A stretch of DNA of 32,000 nucleotides. It comes from Thermococcus kodakarensis KOD1. Lineage in GTDB: Archaea > Methanobacteriota_B > Thermococci > Thermococcales > Thermococcaceae. The position numbers and the translations under genes are program-made. The stretch spans positions 90,001 to 122,000 of the forward strand of contig NC_006624.1 of NCBI RefSeq assembly GCF_000009965.1, written 5' to 3'. Positions 1 through 8,437 of the stretch are shown here, piece by piece; the stretch's first letter is position 1, and every line of letters begins with the position of its first letter. Below the pieces are notes generated by a model that did not search any database, was not told the DNA's origin, and saw only the letters and a program-made list of their open reading frames with translations.

Positions 1-52
1 CTAACTGGGGATATGGGAAAAGCTTATAAATCGACTGGGCAACGCTCACCAG

Positions 53-82
53 AGGTTTAAAAACCCACCTTTCTTGGAGGTG
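53..82 (+). promoter_or_regulatory. TATA-like box plus SD module (AGGTTTAAAAACCCACCTTTCTTGGAGGTG) upstream of the Zn-ribbon/EF-1beta genes
   Basis: TTTAAAAA box at 56-63 and GGAGGTG at 76-82. Near-identical module at 16174-16201 upstream of tbp. Confidence 0.45.
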
Positions 83-94
83 TTCGCAGTGGAG

Positions 95-268
95 ATGAAG
101 TTCGAGGTACCCGTATGCACCTCATGCGGAAAGGAGATAACCCCAAGGGAGCACGCCACTCACTTCGTTTGCCCGAACTGCGGTGAGGCGATCATATGGC
201 GCTGCGAAAGCTGCAGGGTGCTCAGCGTGCCCTACAAGTGCCCCAAGTGCGGATGGGAGGGGCCGTGA
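95..268 (+). CDS. Small Zn-ribbon protein (COG2888-like), conserved partner of aEF-1beta
   Basis: ORF track gives 74..268 (TTG start). In-frame ATG at 95 follows GGAGGTG (76-82). Four CxxC pairs (CTSC, CPNC, CESC, CPKC). Lies immediately upstream of EF-1beta. Start is ambiguous (74, 89 or 95). Confidence 0.75.
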
Positions 269-285
269 GTTAGGAGGTGAATGAT

Positions 286-561
286 ATGAGCGACTACAAC
301 CTTGTTGGCGTTATAAAGGTCATGCCGACCGACCCGGATGTCAACCTCGACGAGCTCGAGGAGAAGCTTAAGGCAGTCATCCCCGAGAAGTACGGCCTTG
401 CAAAGGTCGAGAGGGAGCCGATAGCCTTCGGTCTCGTTGCTCTCAAGTTCTACGTCCTCGGAAGGGACGAGGAAGGCTACTCCTTCGACGAGGTTGCAGA
501 TATCTTCAGACAGGTCGAGAACGTCGAGAGCGCTGAGGTCGAGACCGTTTCGAGGATCTGA
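286..561 (+). CDS. ef1b: Translation elongation factor aEF-1 beta
   Basis: 91 aa. MSDYNLVGVIKVMPTDPDVNLDELEEKLK...IAFGLVALKFYV is typical of archaeal EF-1beta. ATG 286 is preceded by GGAGGTG (273-279). The ORF-track start at 277 is an upstream GTG. Confidence 0.93.
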   Translation: MSDYNLVGVIKVMPTDPDVNLDELEEKLKAVIPEKYGLAKVEREPIAFGLVALKFYVLGRDEEGYSFDEVADIFRQVENVESAEVETVSRI

Positions 562-583
562 GGGCTCCGCCCTCTTTTACTGA

Positions 584-1057
584 TTATCTGCACGGAAAGC
601 CCCTGCACTTTCTCTCGCCAGTTAATTCGTAGCTCTTCCCGTCGAGGCTGTCCATTATCAGCTTTTTTCCGTCTTCCTCGTACACCCAGAAGACCTTGTA
701 GGCGAGCTCTTCCCTTATTACCTCAATCCTTGGCAGCCACCACGAGACCACCCTTGAGTTTCCCCAAGTTATTGCGCTCTCGAAGGCCTTCATCCTCGCT
801 TCTTCTTCCGTAACGAGGGGCTCCATAACGTTTTTCTCGTCAACTTCCCATTCCTCGAGGTCTATAAAGTCGTCTCCCCTCTCCGCACCGAGGCGGTAGA
901 GGTCTATGTAAGCATAGTAGTCAAAGACCCTGTCCTTCATGCCCAGCCTCTTGTAGAAGAGCCTGAGGTGGTATATCCTGTAGGGATATAGAACAAAGCT
1001 TTCAGCGACCTCTGGTTTAAAGATTGGCCTCATGACCTTAACCTTGATCCCGCCCAT
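584..1057 (-). CDS. Conserved hypothetical protein (157 aa), function unknown
   Basis: Intact ORF with host-like codon usage. AAAGGTG SD lies 7 nt upstream of ATG 1057. No recognisable motif. Confidence 0.65.
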   Translation of the reverse strand: MGGIKVKVMRPIFKPEVAESFVLYPYRIYHLRLFYKRLGMKDRVFDYYAYIDLYRLGAERGDDFIDLEEWEVDEKNVMEPLVTEEEARMKAFESAITWGNSRVVSWWLPRIEVIREELAYKVFWVYEEDGKKLIMDSLDGKSYELTGERKCRGFPCR

Positions 1058-1115
1058 ATTCTAACACCTTTCTGCAATTCTTGATATTCTCTTACACCAA
1101 ACGTTTCAAACGATA

Positions 1116-1130
1116 GGTTTATAATTTTTT
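1116..1130. promoter_or_regulatory. TATA box region (GGTTTATAATTTTTT) between divergent genes
   Basis: AT-rich TATA-like element. It lies about 60 nt from ATG 1057 (- strand) and about 65 nt from ATG 1188 (+ strand). Confidence 0.4.
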
Positions 1131-1145
1131 AGCCATATATGTACA

Positions 1146-1166
1146 ATGCTGGCTTCCAACCAGCAT
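1146..1166 (+). other. Predicted 5'-leader stem-loop (ATGCTGG-cttccaa-CCAGCAT)
   Basis: Perfect 7-bp inverted repeat with a 7-nt loop. It sits between the TATA box (1118-1125) and the SD GGGGTGAT (1174-1181). Confidence 0.4.
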
Positions 1167-1187
1167 ATACATTCAGGGGTGATAAAT

Positions 1188-1367
1188 ATGGGACTTGGCG
1201 CCGAAGGCTGGGCATTGCTTCTGGTTCCAACGATTTTGGGTTTTTTGGTAATGGTTCTGTACGGCTACTGGGACAAGATAACGGGGAAGGAGTACTACGT
1301 AGATGCCGACATTCTGGCCTACGACGAGGATCTCATTGAAGAGCTAAAGAAGGAGGGTAAGGCATGA
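1188..1367 (+). CDS. Small single-TM membrane protein, putative accessory subunit of the downstream SSS transporter
   Basis: 59 aa from ATG 1188 (SD GGGGTGAT). One hydrophobic helix (WALLLVPTILGFLVMVLYGYW) and an acidic tail. Its stop overlaps the symporter start (ATGA at 1364-1367). Confidence 0.6.
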   Translation: MGLGAEGWALLLVPTILGFLVMVLYGYWDKITGKEYYVDADILAYDEDLIEELKKEGKA

Positions 1368-2980
1368 ACGCGGGTGTGCTCTTTGGATTTCTGATATACC
1401 TTGCCCTCCTAGCTTACATAGGCTGGTGGGCCAACAGGTACACCAAGACCGAAGACCAGTACTTCGTCGGCGGCAGGAAGGTTCACGTTTTAGCAGCTAC
1501 ACTCTCGGACAAGGCCAGTGACTTCTCCGGCTGGTTGATGCTGGGTTATCCTGGAAGCGCATTCAAGGCTGGCCTTGGAGCATTCTGGGCTGGGATAGGC
1601 TGTCTCTTCGGTACGCTGGCTGATTACGTCCTCATTGGTCCGAGGCTCAGGATCTACGCAGGTAAATTTAGGGCAATAACCGTCCCGGACTATCTGGAGG
1701 CCAGGCTTAAGGACGACACCAAGCTCATCAGGATCCTCAGCGCTTTGATCATTATCATCTTCATGACCGCCTACGTAGCTGCGCAGTTCGCGGCCGGCGG
1801 AAAGACCTTTGCGGAGGGCTTTGACGTAAGCGTGAACACTGGAATCATAATAACCGTTATCATCCTGACTGCATACGTTATCACAGGTGGCTTCTTTGCC
1901 GTGGTATGGACTGACGTTGTCCAGGCCCTCTTCATGCTGCTGACCCTCGTTATCGTTCCGTTCCTGGCCCTGGCCAAGATAGGAGGCCTCGACAAGGCGA
2001 CGGAGATAATAGCCTCCGCAGACCCCAACAAGCTCCACCCCTTCGGCGGCGCAACCGGCTGGGCGGCAATAATCTTTGCCATAGGCTACGCCTCCTGGAT
2101 AGTCGGCTACCTCGGCCAGCCTCACATAGTCACCCGCTACATGAGCGTTGAGGACCCGAGAAAGCTCAGGAGGCCGGGTATCTTCATCAGCGGCATCTGG
2201 ACTACAATAGTCCTCTGGGGAGCGTTCTTCGCGGGATTCCTCGGCTTCGCCCTCTACCAGGCGGGCATGCTTAACGTCAGCGATCCCGAGCGTGTAGTTC
2301 CCGCCATGGCAGTTGAGCTTATGCCGAGCTGGATAGCTGGCTTCGTCATAGCGGGCATAATTTCCGCCGTTATGAGCACCGCCGATTCTCAGCTCCTCGT
2401 CGCTTCCTCGGCAATAGCGAGGGACTTCTACCACAAGGTTCTCGGCAAGGAACTCGGCAAGAAGCAGATGGTCAACATCTCCAGGGTTGTAGTTGCCGTC
2501 GTTGCACTGGTCGGCCTCTGGTTCGCTATTACAGGACCAAAGGTTATCTACCAGATGGTTGCAACGGCATGGGGTGGCCTTGCCGTCGGCTTTGGCCCGA
2601 TACTCACACTGAGCCTCTGGTGGAAGCGCGTCACCAAGGAGGGCGGAATCGTTGGAATGGCCTACGGTCTGGTCAGCGAGGTCATATTCGAGGCCAAGAT
2701 ATACGGCTGGGCCTTCAACCCTGACGCTCCGGGCTTCTTTGGCACTCTCGGAAGCTGGTTCAACGGCGTTCCAGTGTTCTTCATCAACTTCTTCATAACG
2801 CTGTTCGTTATCATAATCGTCAGCCTCCTCACAAAGCCGCCAGGAGACATCGTTAAGCTTCACGAAGAGCTCTTCAGGAAAGTTCCCGTTGAGGGCGGCA
2901 AGAGGACAGTTATGGAAACAAGGGCCAAGAGCCAGGTCGAGAATGTCGCCGACTTCCTGATCGAGAAGGGTCTCGCCTGA
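1364..2980 (+). CDS. putP: Sodium:solute symporter family transporter, probable Na+/proline symporter
   Basis: 538 aa and polytopic. SSS-family signature stretches (GGRKV..., GGFFAVVWTDVVQ). The proline assignment is inferred from the adjacent proline dehydrogenase loci. Confidence 0.9.
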   Translation: MNAGVLFGFLIYLALLAYIGWWANRYTKTEDQYFVGGRKVHVLAATLSDKASDFSGWLMLGYPGSAFKAGLGAFWAGIGCLFGTLADYVLIGPRLRIYAGKFRAITVPDYLEARLKDDTKLIRILSALIIIIFMTAYVAAQFAAGGKTFAEGFDVSVNTGIIITVIILTAYVITGGFFAVVWTDVVQALFMLLTLVIVPFLALAKIGGLDKATEIIASADPNKLHPFGGATGWAAIIFAIGYASWIVGYLGQPHIVTRYMSVEDPRKLRRPGIFISGIWTTIVLWGAFFAGFLGFALYQAGMLNVSDPERVVPAMAVELMPSWIAGFVIAGIISAVMSTADSQLLVASSAIARDFYHKVLGKELGKKQMVNISRVVVAVVALVGLWFAITGPKVIYQMVATAWGGLAVGFGPILTLSLWWKRVTKEGGIVGMAYGLVSEVIFEAKIYGWAFNPDAPGFFGTLGSWFNGVPVFFINFFITLFVIIIVSLLTKPPGDIVKLHEELFRKVPVEGGKRTVMETRAKSQVENVADFLIEKGLA

Positions 2981-2994
2981 TCTCTCTTCTTTTT
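2981..2994 (+). terminator. Oligo-T terminator after the symporter gene
   Basis: TCTCTCTTCTTTTT immediately follows the stop codon. It is followed by a new TATA box (GGGTTTATAAGC). Confidence 0.4.
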
Positions 2995-3072
2995 AACCTT
3001 CAGTTTAGAACCTTAGGGTTTATAAGCATCGGTGTTCATCTTTATTCGCATGTACAAAAGCGGGGTGGAAGC

Positions 3073-4551
3073 ATGAGACCGCTTGACCTAACAGAGAAAG
3101 ACCCTTCTAAGAAGATCACGATCTACCTCGACGGGGAGCCCTACGAGGCCTACGAGGGCGAGAAGTTCCCGGTGGCGATGTTAGCGAACGGCGTTTACTG
3201 GCTCACGACGAGCAACGAAGGGAGACACCGCGGAGCCTTCACCTTCGGCCCCGTCCCCGTTACGGTAAACGGAGTCAAGAACATCAACGGAAGGAAGCTC
3301 AAGCTCAAGGACGGCATGAAGATTGAGAGGCAGAGATACGATGAGTTCCAGGAGCAGGTTGAGATAGACGAAGGGAAGCCCGTTCTCCGCTACGTTGTGG
3401 ACGTCGCGGTCATCGGTGCTGGTCCTGCAGGCCTCGGTGTCGTGGAGGAAATCGGCGGAAAGCTTACCGTTGCCCTCATCGAGGAGAAGGGCTGGCTCGG
3501 CGGAGATATGTGGCTCAAGGGCGTTGAGCAGGAGGGCTTTGGAAACCCGAGGGAAGCGATAGAAAGGCTCACCAACTTCCCTGAGAACGTTAGGGTCTTC
3601 CTCAAGACGGCCGCGCTCGGTGTCTATGACAAGGGCGAGTACTTCCTCGTTCCAGCCGTTAGAAACGACCAGCTCATAGAGTTCATGGCGAAGAAAGTGG
3701 TTTTAGCTACTGGGGCTGTTGATAATATAATGCTCTTCGAGAACAACGACTGGCCCGGCGTCTTTAGGAGGGCCGATGCACTTGAAGTCATGAACGTCTG
3801 GGGCGTCGCTCCCGGAAGGAAGGTCGCCGTCACAGGGGCATTCCCGGAGGAGATTACCGCCGAATTAGAGCGCTGGGGCATTGAATACATAATTGTCCCG
3901 AACGTCAAGCGCGTTGAGGGTGAGGACAGAATAGAGCGCGTCATAGACGAGAACGGCAACGTCTATGAAGTTGATGCACTGATAATGGCCGATGGGAGGA
4001 TTCCGGATATAAACCCGATAACCCAGGCGGGAGGAAAGCTCCGCTTCAAGCGCGGCTACTACATGCCGATTCTCGACGACGAGCACAGGATAAGGGACGG
4101 AATCTATGTCGCGGGAAGCGCGGTCAGCATAAAGCCGCACTACGCGAACTACCTCGAAGGAAAGCTCGTTGGGGCCTACATCCTGAGGGAGTTCGGCTAC
4201 GAGAGCGAGCCGTGCATTTACGAGGAGAGGCTTAAGGAGTACGAGCCGGTGGCAAGGCCGGTTCCGAAGCTCCCGCTCGATAACTTCAACGGCGAGGACG
4301 TCCAGATATGCGGCTGTGGCGTCACACTGAAGAAGGTGGACGACGTCGTCAGGAGCGGCATAACAGACCTGCAGATCATCAAGAGGCTCACCCACCTGGC
4401 CATGGGCTTCTGCCAGGGCAGGTTCTGCCTATTCAACGGCGCCCTTCTCGTTTCCCAGCGGAGCGGAATGGGCATGGACAGGCTTGACATACCCGTTGCG
4501 AGGCCGCCTATAAAGAACGTCAAAATGAAGGTCGTCGCGGGGAGGGATTGA
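3073..4551 (+). CDS. Dye-linked L-proline dehydrogenase complex, alpha subunit (alpha4beta4 PDH1 type; sarcosine-oxidase-alpha-like)
   Basis: 492 aa. Rossmann motif VAVIGAGPAGLG. The C-terminal end carries a BFD-like Cys motif (CGCG...GFCQGRFC). Paired with a beta subunit 1 nt downstream. Family described in Pyrococcus horikoshii. Confidence 0.82.
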   Translation: MRPLDLTEKDPSKKITIYLDGEPYEAYEGEKFPVAMLANGVYWLTTSNEGRHRGAFTFGPVPVTVNGVKNINGRKLKLKDGMKIERQRYDEFQEQVEIDEGKPVLRYVVDVAVIGAGPAGLGVVEEIGGKLTVALIEEKGWLGGDMWLKGVEQEGFGNPREAIERLTNFPENVRVFLKTAALGVYDKGEYFLVPAVRNDQLIEFMAKKVVLATGAVDNIMLFENNDWPGVFRRADALEVMNVWGVAPGRKVAVTGAFPEEITAELERWGIEYIIVPNVKRVEGEDRIERVIDENGNVYEVDALIMADGRIPDINPITQAGGKLRFKRGYYMPILDDEHRIRDGIYVAGSAVSIKPHYANYLEGKLVGAYILREFGYESEPCIYEERLKEYEPVARPVPKLPLDNFNGEDVQICGCGVTLKKVDDVVRSGITDLQIIKRLTHLAMGFCQGRFCLFNGALLVSQRSGMGMDRLDIPVARPPIKNVKMKVVAGRD

Positions 4552-4552
4552 A

Positions 4553-5713
4553 ATGCCGACGAGAGAGCTTCCCGAAAAGAGTGAGATAACGATAATCGGC
4601 GGCGGAATCGTTGGCGTCACCATCGCCCACGAGCTTGCCAAGAGGGGCGAGGAAGTCACCGTCATAGAGAAGCGCTTCATAGGTTCAGGCTCTACATTCC
4701 GCTGTGGAACCGGGATAAGGCAGCAGTTCAACGATGAGGCAAACGTCCAGGTCATGAAGCGCTCCGTCGAGCTCTGGAAGAAGTACAGCGAGGAATACGG
4801 CTTCCCGTTCCAGCAGACGGGCTACCTCTTCCTGCTCTACGATGACGAAGAAGTCGAGACCTTCAAGAGGAACATAGCGATACAGAACAAATTCGGCGTT
4901 CCGACGAGGCTCATAACACCCGAAGAGGCCAAGGAGATAGTCCCCCTCCTCGACATAAGCGAGGTCGTTGCCGCTTCCTGGAACCCCACCGACGGAAAGG
5001 CCAGCCCGTTCCACTCAACTGCGAAGTTCGCCCTCCATGCTGAAGAGTTCGGCGCGAAGCTCGTCGAGTACACCGAGGTCAAGGACTTCATAATCGAGAA
5101 CGGTGAGATAAAGGGCCTGAAGACCAGCAGGGGCACGATAAAGACCGGAATAGTGGTCAACGCCACCAACGCCTGGGCCAAGCTCATCAACGCGATGGCA
5201 GGTATAAGGACGAAGATACCGATAGAGCCCTACAAGCACCAGGCTGTCATAACCCAGCCCATAAAGAAGGGCTCCGTTAAGCCGATGGTCATCTCGTTCA
5301 GGTACGGCCACGCTTACCTCACCCAGACCAGCCACGGCGGAATCATCGGCGGCGTCGGCTACGAAGAAGGCCCGACCTACGACCTCAACCCGACCTACGA
5401 GTTCCTCCGCGAGGTGAGCTACTACTTCACCAAGATAATCCCGGCCCTGAGGGAGCTCCTCATCCTGAGGACATGGGCGGGCTACTACGCCAAGACACCC
5501 GACAGCAACCCCGCGATAGGCAAAATCGAGGAGCTGAGCGACTACTACATAGCTGCAGGCTTCAGCGGGCACGGATTCATGATGGCCCCTGCTGTGGCGG
5601 AGATGGTGGCAGACCTGATCACGAAGGGCAAGACCGACCTGCCTGCCTGGTGGTACGACCCGTACCGCTTCGAGAGGGGCGAGCTTAGAGGTAAGGCCCT
5701 GCAGATGGGGTGA
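4553..5713 (+). CDS. L-proline dehydrogenase beta subunit (FAD-dependent, sarcosine-oxidase-beta-like), locus 1
   Basis: 386 aa. Contains IIGGGIVG dinucleotide fold, GSTFRCGTGIRQQF and AAGFSGHGFM. Paralogous to the 8427..9584 gene. Confidence 0.9.
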   Translation: MPTRELPEKSEITIIGGGIVGVTIAHELAKRGEEVTVIEKRFIGSGSTFRCGTGIRQQFNDEANVQVMKRSVELWKKYSEEYGFPFQQTGYLFLLYDDEEVETFKRNIAIQNKFGVPTRLITPEEAKEIVPLLDISEVVAASWNPTDGKASPFHSTAKFALHAEEFGAKLVEYTEVKDFIIENGEIKGLKTSRGTIKTGIVVNATNAWAKLINAMAGIRTKIPIEPYKHQAVITQPIKKGSVKPMVISFRYGHAYLTQTSHGGIIGGVGYEEGPTYDLNPTYEFLREVSYYFTKIIPALRELLILRTWAGYYAKTPDSNPAIGKIEELSDYYIAAGFSGHGFMMAPAVAEMVADLITKGKTDLPAWWYDPYRFERGELRGKALQMG

Positions 5714-5822
5714 AGTTTTATTTTCTCTCTTCTTCACCCTTGAAGAAAGTACACGAACGCTGAAGCTTCTTTTTATTCTTCTTTGAGGACTTCGATGAAG
5801 GGTATTCCTTCAGAAAAGCACG

Positions 5823-6017
5823 CTACTGTCCAGAAAAGTCCCTGTACTCCTGTAGATACTCACGAAGCTCCCCCCATGATGCCCTCTCAGGTCTCACCTT
5901 CCCCTTGCTGGAAGCGAGCATCCTTAAGGCCTGAGCGCGTGCAAATATCTCGGCCATTTCTCCAACGAGCTTTTCGTCAATCCCCTCGGGAACCCTCACC
6001 CTCAAAGTCACGTCCAT
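5823..6017 (-). CDS. Small hypothetical protein (64 aa; possibly RHH/antitoxin-like), start uncertain
   Basis: ORF track gives 5823..6113 (TTG start). Internal ATGs at 6023 and 6017 follow GTGGGGAT. MDVTLRVRVPEGIDEKL... resembles a beta-strand plus helix N-terminus. No partner gene is present. Confidence 0.4.
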   Translation of the reverse strand: MDVTLRVRVPEGIDEKLVGEMAEIFARAQALRMLASSKGKVRPERASWGELREYLQEYRDFSGQ

Positions 6018-6185
6018 CCACATCCCCACAAGACGTTGAACGTTGGGTTTGATAACGTTTTCGTCATATTCATAGCCAAGTAAAGAGAATCCGGCGCCAT
6101 TTTCCTTTCTCAACCAAAGGTGGAAAACCTTTTTATGAAAAAATCCTCATAAAGGGCTTTTCTTAACCCACATTGGTGAAAGTTC

Positions 6186-7637
6186 ATGCGCATCACTGAA
6201 CATCCTGTTCTGCGGTTTGAGCGAGGCAGAAAGGTCACCATCTACTTTGAAGGCCGGCCGATAGAGGCCTACGAGGGGGAGACCATTGCAATGGCACTCC
6301 ACGCCGCTGGAATTAGAGTCCTCAGCCACAGCGGTGAGAAACACAGACCGAGGGGCCTCTTCTGTGCCATAGGCAAGTGCTCTTCCTGCCTCGTTAAGGT
6401 AAACGGCATCCCGAACGTCCGCTCGTGCATAACCCTCGTCGAGGACGGCATGAGGATTGAGATGCAGAAAGGAAAAGAGATACTCCCAAGGACTGCGAAG
6501 CCGCCGGAGTGGAAGGATGCAACCAGATACGAGGCGGACGTCGTTGTCATCGGCGGCGGTCCCGCCGGCCTGATGGCGGCGATACACGCGGCTGACGCCG
6601 GCGCGAGTGTCATCCTCATTGACGAACAGCCAAAGCTGGGCGGCCAGCTCGTCAAGCAGACCCACAAGTTCTTCGGGAAGAGGGAGCAGTTCGCAGGAGT
6701 AAGGGGAGTGGAGATAGCCAGGATCCTCACGGAGGAAGTGAGAAAGAGGGAGAAAATACGGGTCTTCACAGAAACCTCCGCCGTTGGAATCTTCCAGGAT
6801 GGCGACGAGAAGCTCGTGATCGGTGTCAGGAAGAACCGCGAGCTCGTGGAGTTTTCGGGAAAGGCCCTCGTCGTCGCGACCGGCGCGATGGAGAAGATGA
6901 TTCCCTTCGAGAACAACGATCTGCCAGGAATCTACGGAGCTGGAGCAATCCAGACCCTCATGAACACCTACGGAGTGAAGCCTGGCGACAGAGTCCTCAT
7001 CGTCGGAGCTGGCAACGTGGGGCTGATTCTGGCATACCAGCTCATCCAGGCCGGCGTCGAGGTGAAGGCGATAGTCGAGGCCATGCCCAAGGTCGGCGGC
7101 TACTTCGTCCACGCTGCCAAGGTGAGGAGGCTCGGCGTTCCAATTCTCACGAGGCACACGATCCTGAGGGCAGAAGGTACGGACAGGGTCGAGAGGGCGG
7201 TAGTTGCTCAGCTCGACGAGAACTGGAGGCCGATTCCCGGGACTGAAAAGGTCTTTGAGGTGGACACGATAGCCCTCGCCGTAGGATTGAGGCCGAGCAT
7301 AGAGCTCCTCCACCAGGCGGGGTGCCAGATAAAGTTCGTCCGAGAGCTGGGAGGCCACGTAGCGGTGAGGGACGAGAGAATGGAGACCACCGTCCAGGGA
7401 ATCTTCGTCGCTGGCGATTCTGCTGGAATAGAGGAGGCAACTACGGCGATGCTCGAAGGGAAGATAGCAGGAATTGCCGCGGCGCTCAAGGCTGGAGTCG
7501 CTACTCCAGAGTGGCTGGGAGAGATAGAGAAGGCCCAGCGCGACCTCGAGGAGTTCCGTTCAGGCCCCTTCGGAAAGCACATCGTTGAGGGAATAAAGAA
7601 GGCTCTTCTGCCCGCTGGGGGTGGTTCCAATGTCTGA
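6186..7637 (+). CDS. L-proline dehydrogenase complex alpha subunit (NADH dehydrogenase-type), heterotetrameric alpha-beta-gamma-delta PDH type
   Basis: 483 aa. N-terminal 2Fe-2S-type Cys set (CAIGKCSSC...C) and two Rossmann motifs (VVVIGGGPAGL, ILIVGAGNVGL). Family described in Thermococcus profundus and P. horikoshii. Confidence 0.88.
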   Translation: MRITEHPVLRFERGRKVTIYFEGRPIEAYEGETIAMALHAAGIRVLSHSGEKHRPRGLFCAIGKCSSCLVKVNGIPNVRSCITLVEDGMRIEMQKGKEILPRTAKPPEWKDATRYEADVVVIGGGPAGLMAAIHAADAGASVILIDEQPKLGGQLVKQTHKFFGKREQFAGVRGVEIARILTEEVRKREKIRVFTETSAVGIFQDGDEKLVIGVRKNRELVEFSGKALVVATGAMEKMIPFENNDLPGIYGAGAIQTLMNTYGVKPGDRVLIVGAGNVGLILAYQLIQAGVEVKAIVEAMPKVGGYFVHAAKVRRLGVPILTRHTILRAEGTDRVERAVVAQLDENWRPIPGTEKVFEVDTIALAVGLRPSIELLHQAGCQIKFVRELGGHVAVRDERMETTVQGIFVAGDSAGIEEATTAMLEGKIAGIAAALKAGVATPEWLGEIEKAQRDLEEFRSGPFGKHIVEGIKKALLPAGGGSNV

Positions 7638-8148
7638 GATCCCAGAATACCTGAAGAAGGGCTACATAACGCCCGAAGAGCTCTTCAAGATAATCCCAAA
7701 GCCGAGCGATGAGAGGCTCAGGGCGAGGCCTGTTGCCGTTCCCGAGTGCCCGCAGGAGATACCATGCGCCCCGTGCAGGGAGGTCTGCCCTACGGGAGCG
7801 ATAAGCATGCCGACGCCGAACGACCTTCCAATCGTTGACTACGAGAAGTGCGTCGGCTGCTCCCTCTGCGTCCAGATATGCCCCGGTTTGGCGTTTTTCA
7901 TGGTTCACTATGTTGGGGACAAAGCGAGAATAACGATGCCCTACGAGCTTCTTCCGGTTCCAGAGCGCGGCGATGAGGTGGTTCTCCTCAACCGCGTGGG
8001 AGAACCCGTTGGAAAGGGGAAGGTCACGCTCGTAATACCGCGCGAGAAGAGCATGGGGGACACCGCCGTAGTCACGGTGGAGGTTCCAATCGAGCTCGCC
8101 TGGGAAGTGAGGACCATCCACGTGCTCGGAGGTGAAGAAGATGACTGA
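7630..8148 (+). CDS. PDH complex gamma subunit, 2x[4Fe-4S] ferredoxin-like
   Basis: CPQEIPCAPCREVCP and CVGCSLCVQICP motifs. ATG 7630 overlaps the alpha-subunit stop by 8 nt. SD GGGGGTGG is upstream. Confidence 0.85.
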   Translation: MSEIPEYLKKGYITPEELFKIIPKPSDERLRARPVAVPECPQEIPCAPCREVCPTGAISMPTPNDLPIVDYEKCVGCSLCVQICPGLAFFMVHYVGDKARITMPYELLPVPERGDEVVLLNRVGEPVGKGKVTLVIPREKSMGDTAVVTVEVPIELAWEVRTIHVLGGEEDD

Positions 8149-8437
8149 AGAGCCGAGGGAGAAAATAATCATCTGCCGCTGCAACGACGTCACGAAGGAG
8201 GAGATAGAGGCCCTCATTGATCGGGGGATAACCGACATCGAGGAAATCAAGAGGCTCCTGAGGATAGGCATGGGGCCCTGCCAGGGAAGGACTTGCCTTC
8301 CGCTCGTGATGGGAATTCTCGCGAGGAAGACCGGAAAGAAACAGGAGGGTATTCCACTTCCCGCAACGCGCGTTCCCGTTAGGCCGGTGATGATGGGAGT
8401 TTTAGCGGGCGAGATGGGTGATGACGATGAAGAGTGA
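8141..8437 (+). CDS. PDH complex delta subunit, BFD-like [2Fe-2S]-binding protein
   Basis: 98 aa. CRC...GMGPCQGRTC motif. ATG 8141 overlaps the gamma-subunit stop by 8 nt. SD GGAGGTGAAG is upstream. Confidence 0.8.
   Translation: MTEEPREKIIICRCNDVTKEEIEALIDRGITDIEEIKRLLRIGMGPCQGRTCLPLVMGILARKTGKKQEGIPLPATRVPVRPVMMGVLAGEMGDDDEE

Noticed and set aside
1139-1339. 66-aa ORF (MYNAGFQPAY…) and the N-terminal extension (1146-1187) of the small membrane protein ORF.
   Set aside because: The region upstream of 1188 is occupied by the predicted hairpin and SD. The 1139 frame has no SD and an unconvincing Gly/Arg-rich sequence.
1490-2863. 457-aa ORF antisense to the symporter gene. Similar long antisense ORFs occur at 5015..5737, 6147..7358, 7501..8442, 8379..9773, 15395..16156, 16163..17086 and 18441..19010.
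   Set aside because: These are shadow ORFs opposite well-supported conserved genes. Their translations are low-complexity (Arg/Gly/Asp/Glu/Val-rich) with no motifs. They are a typical by-product of GC3-biased coding on the other strand.
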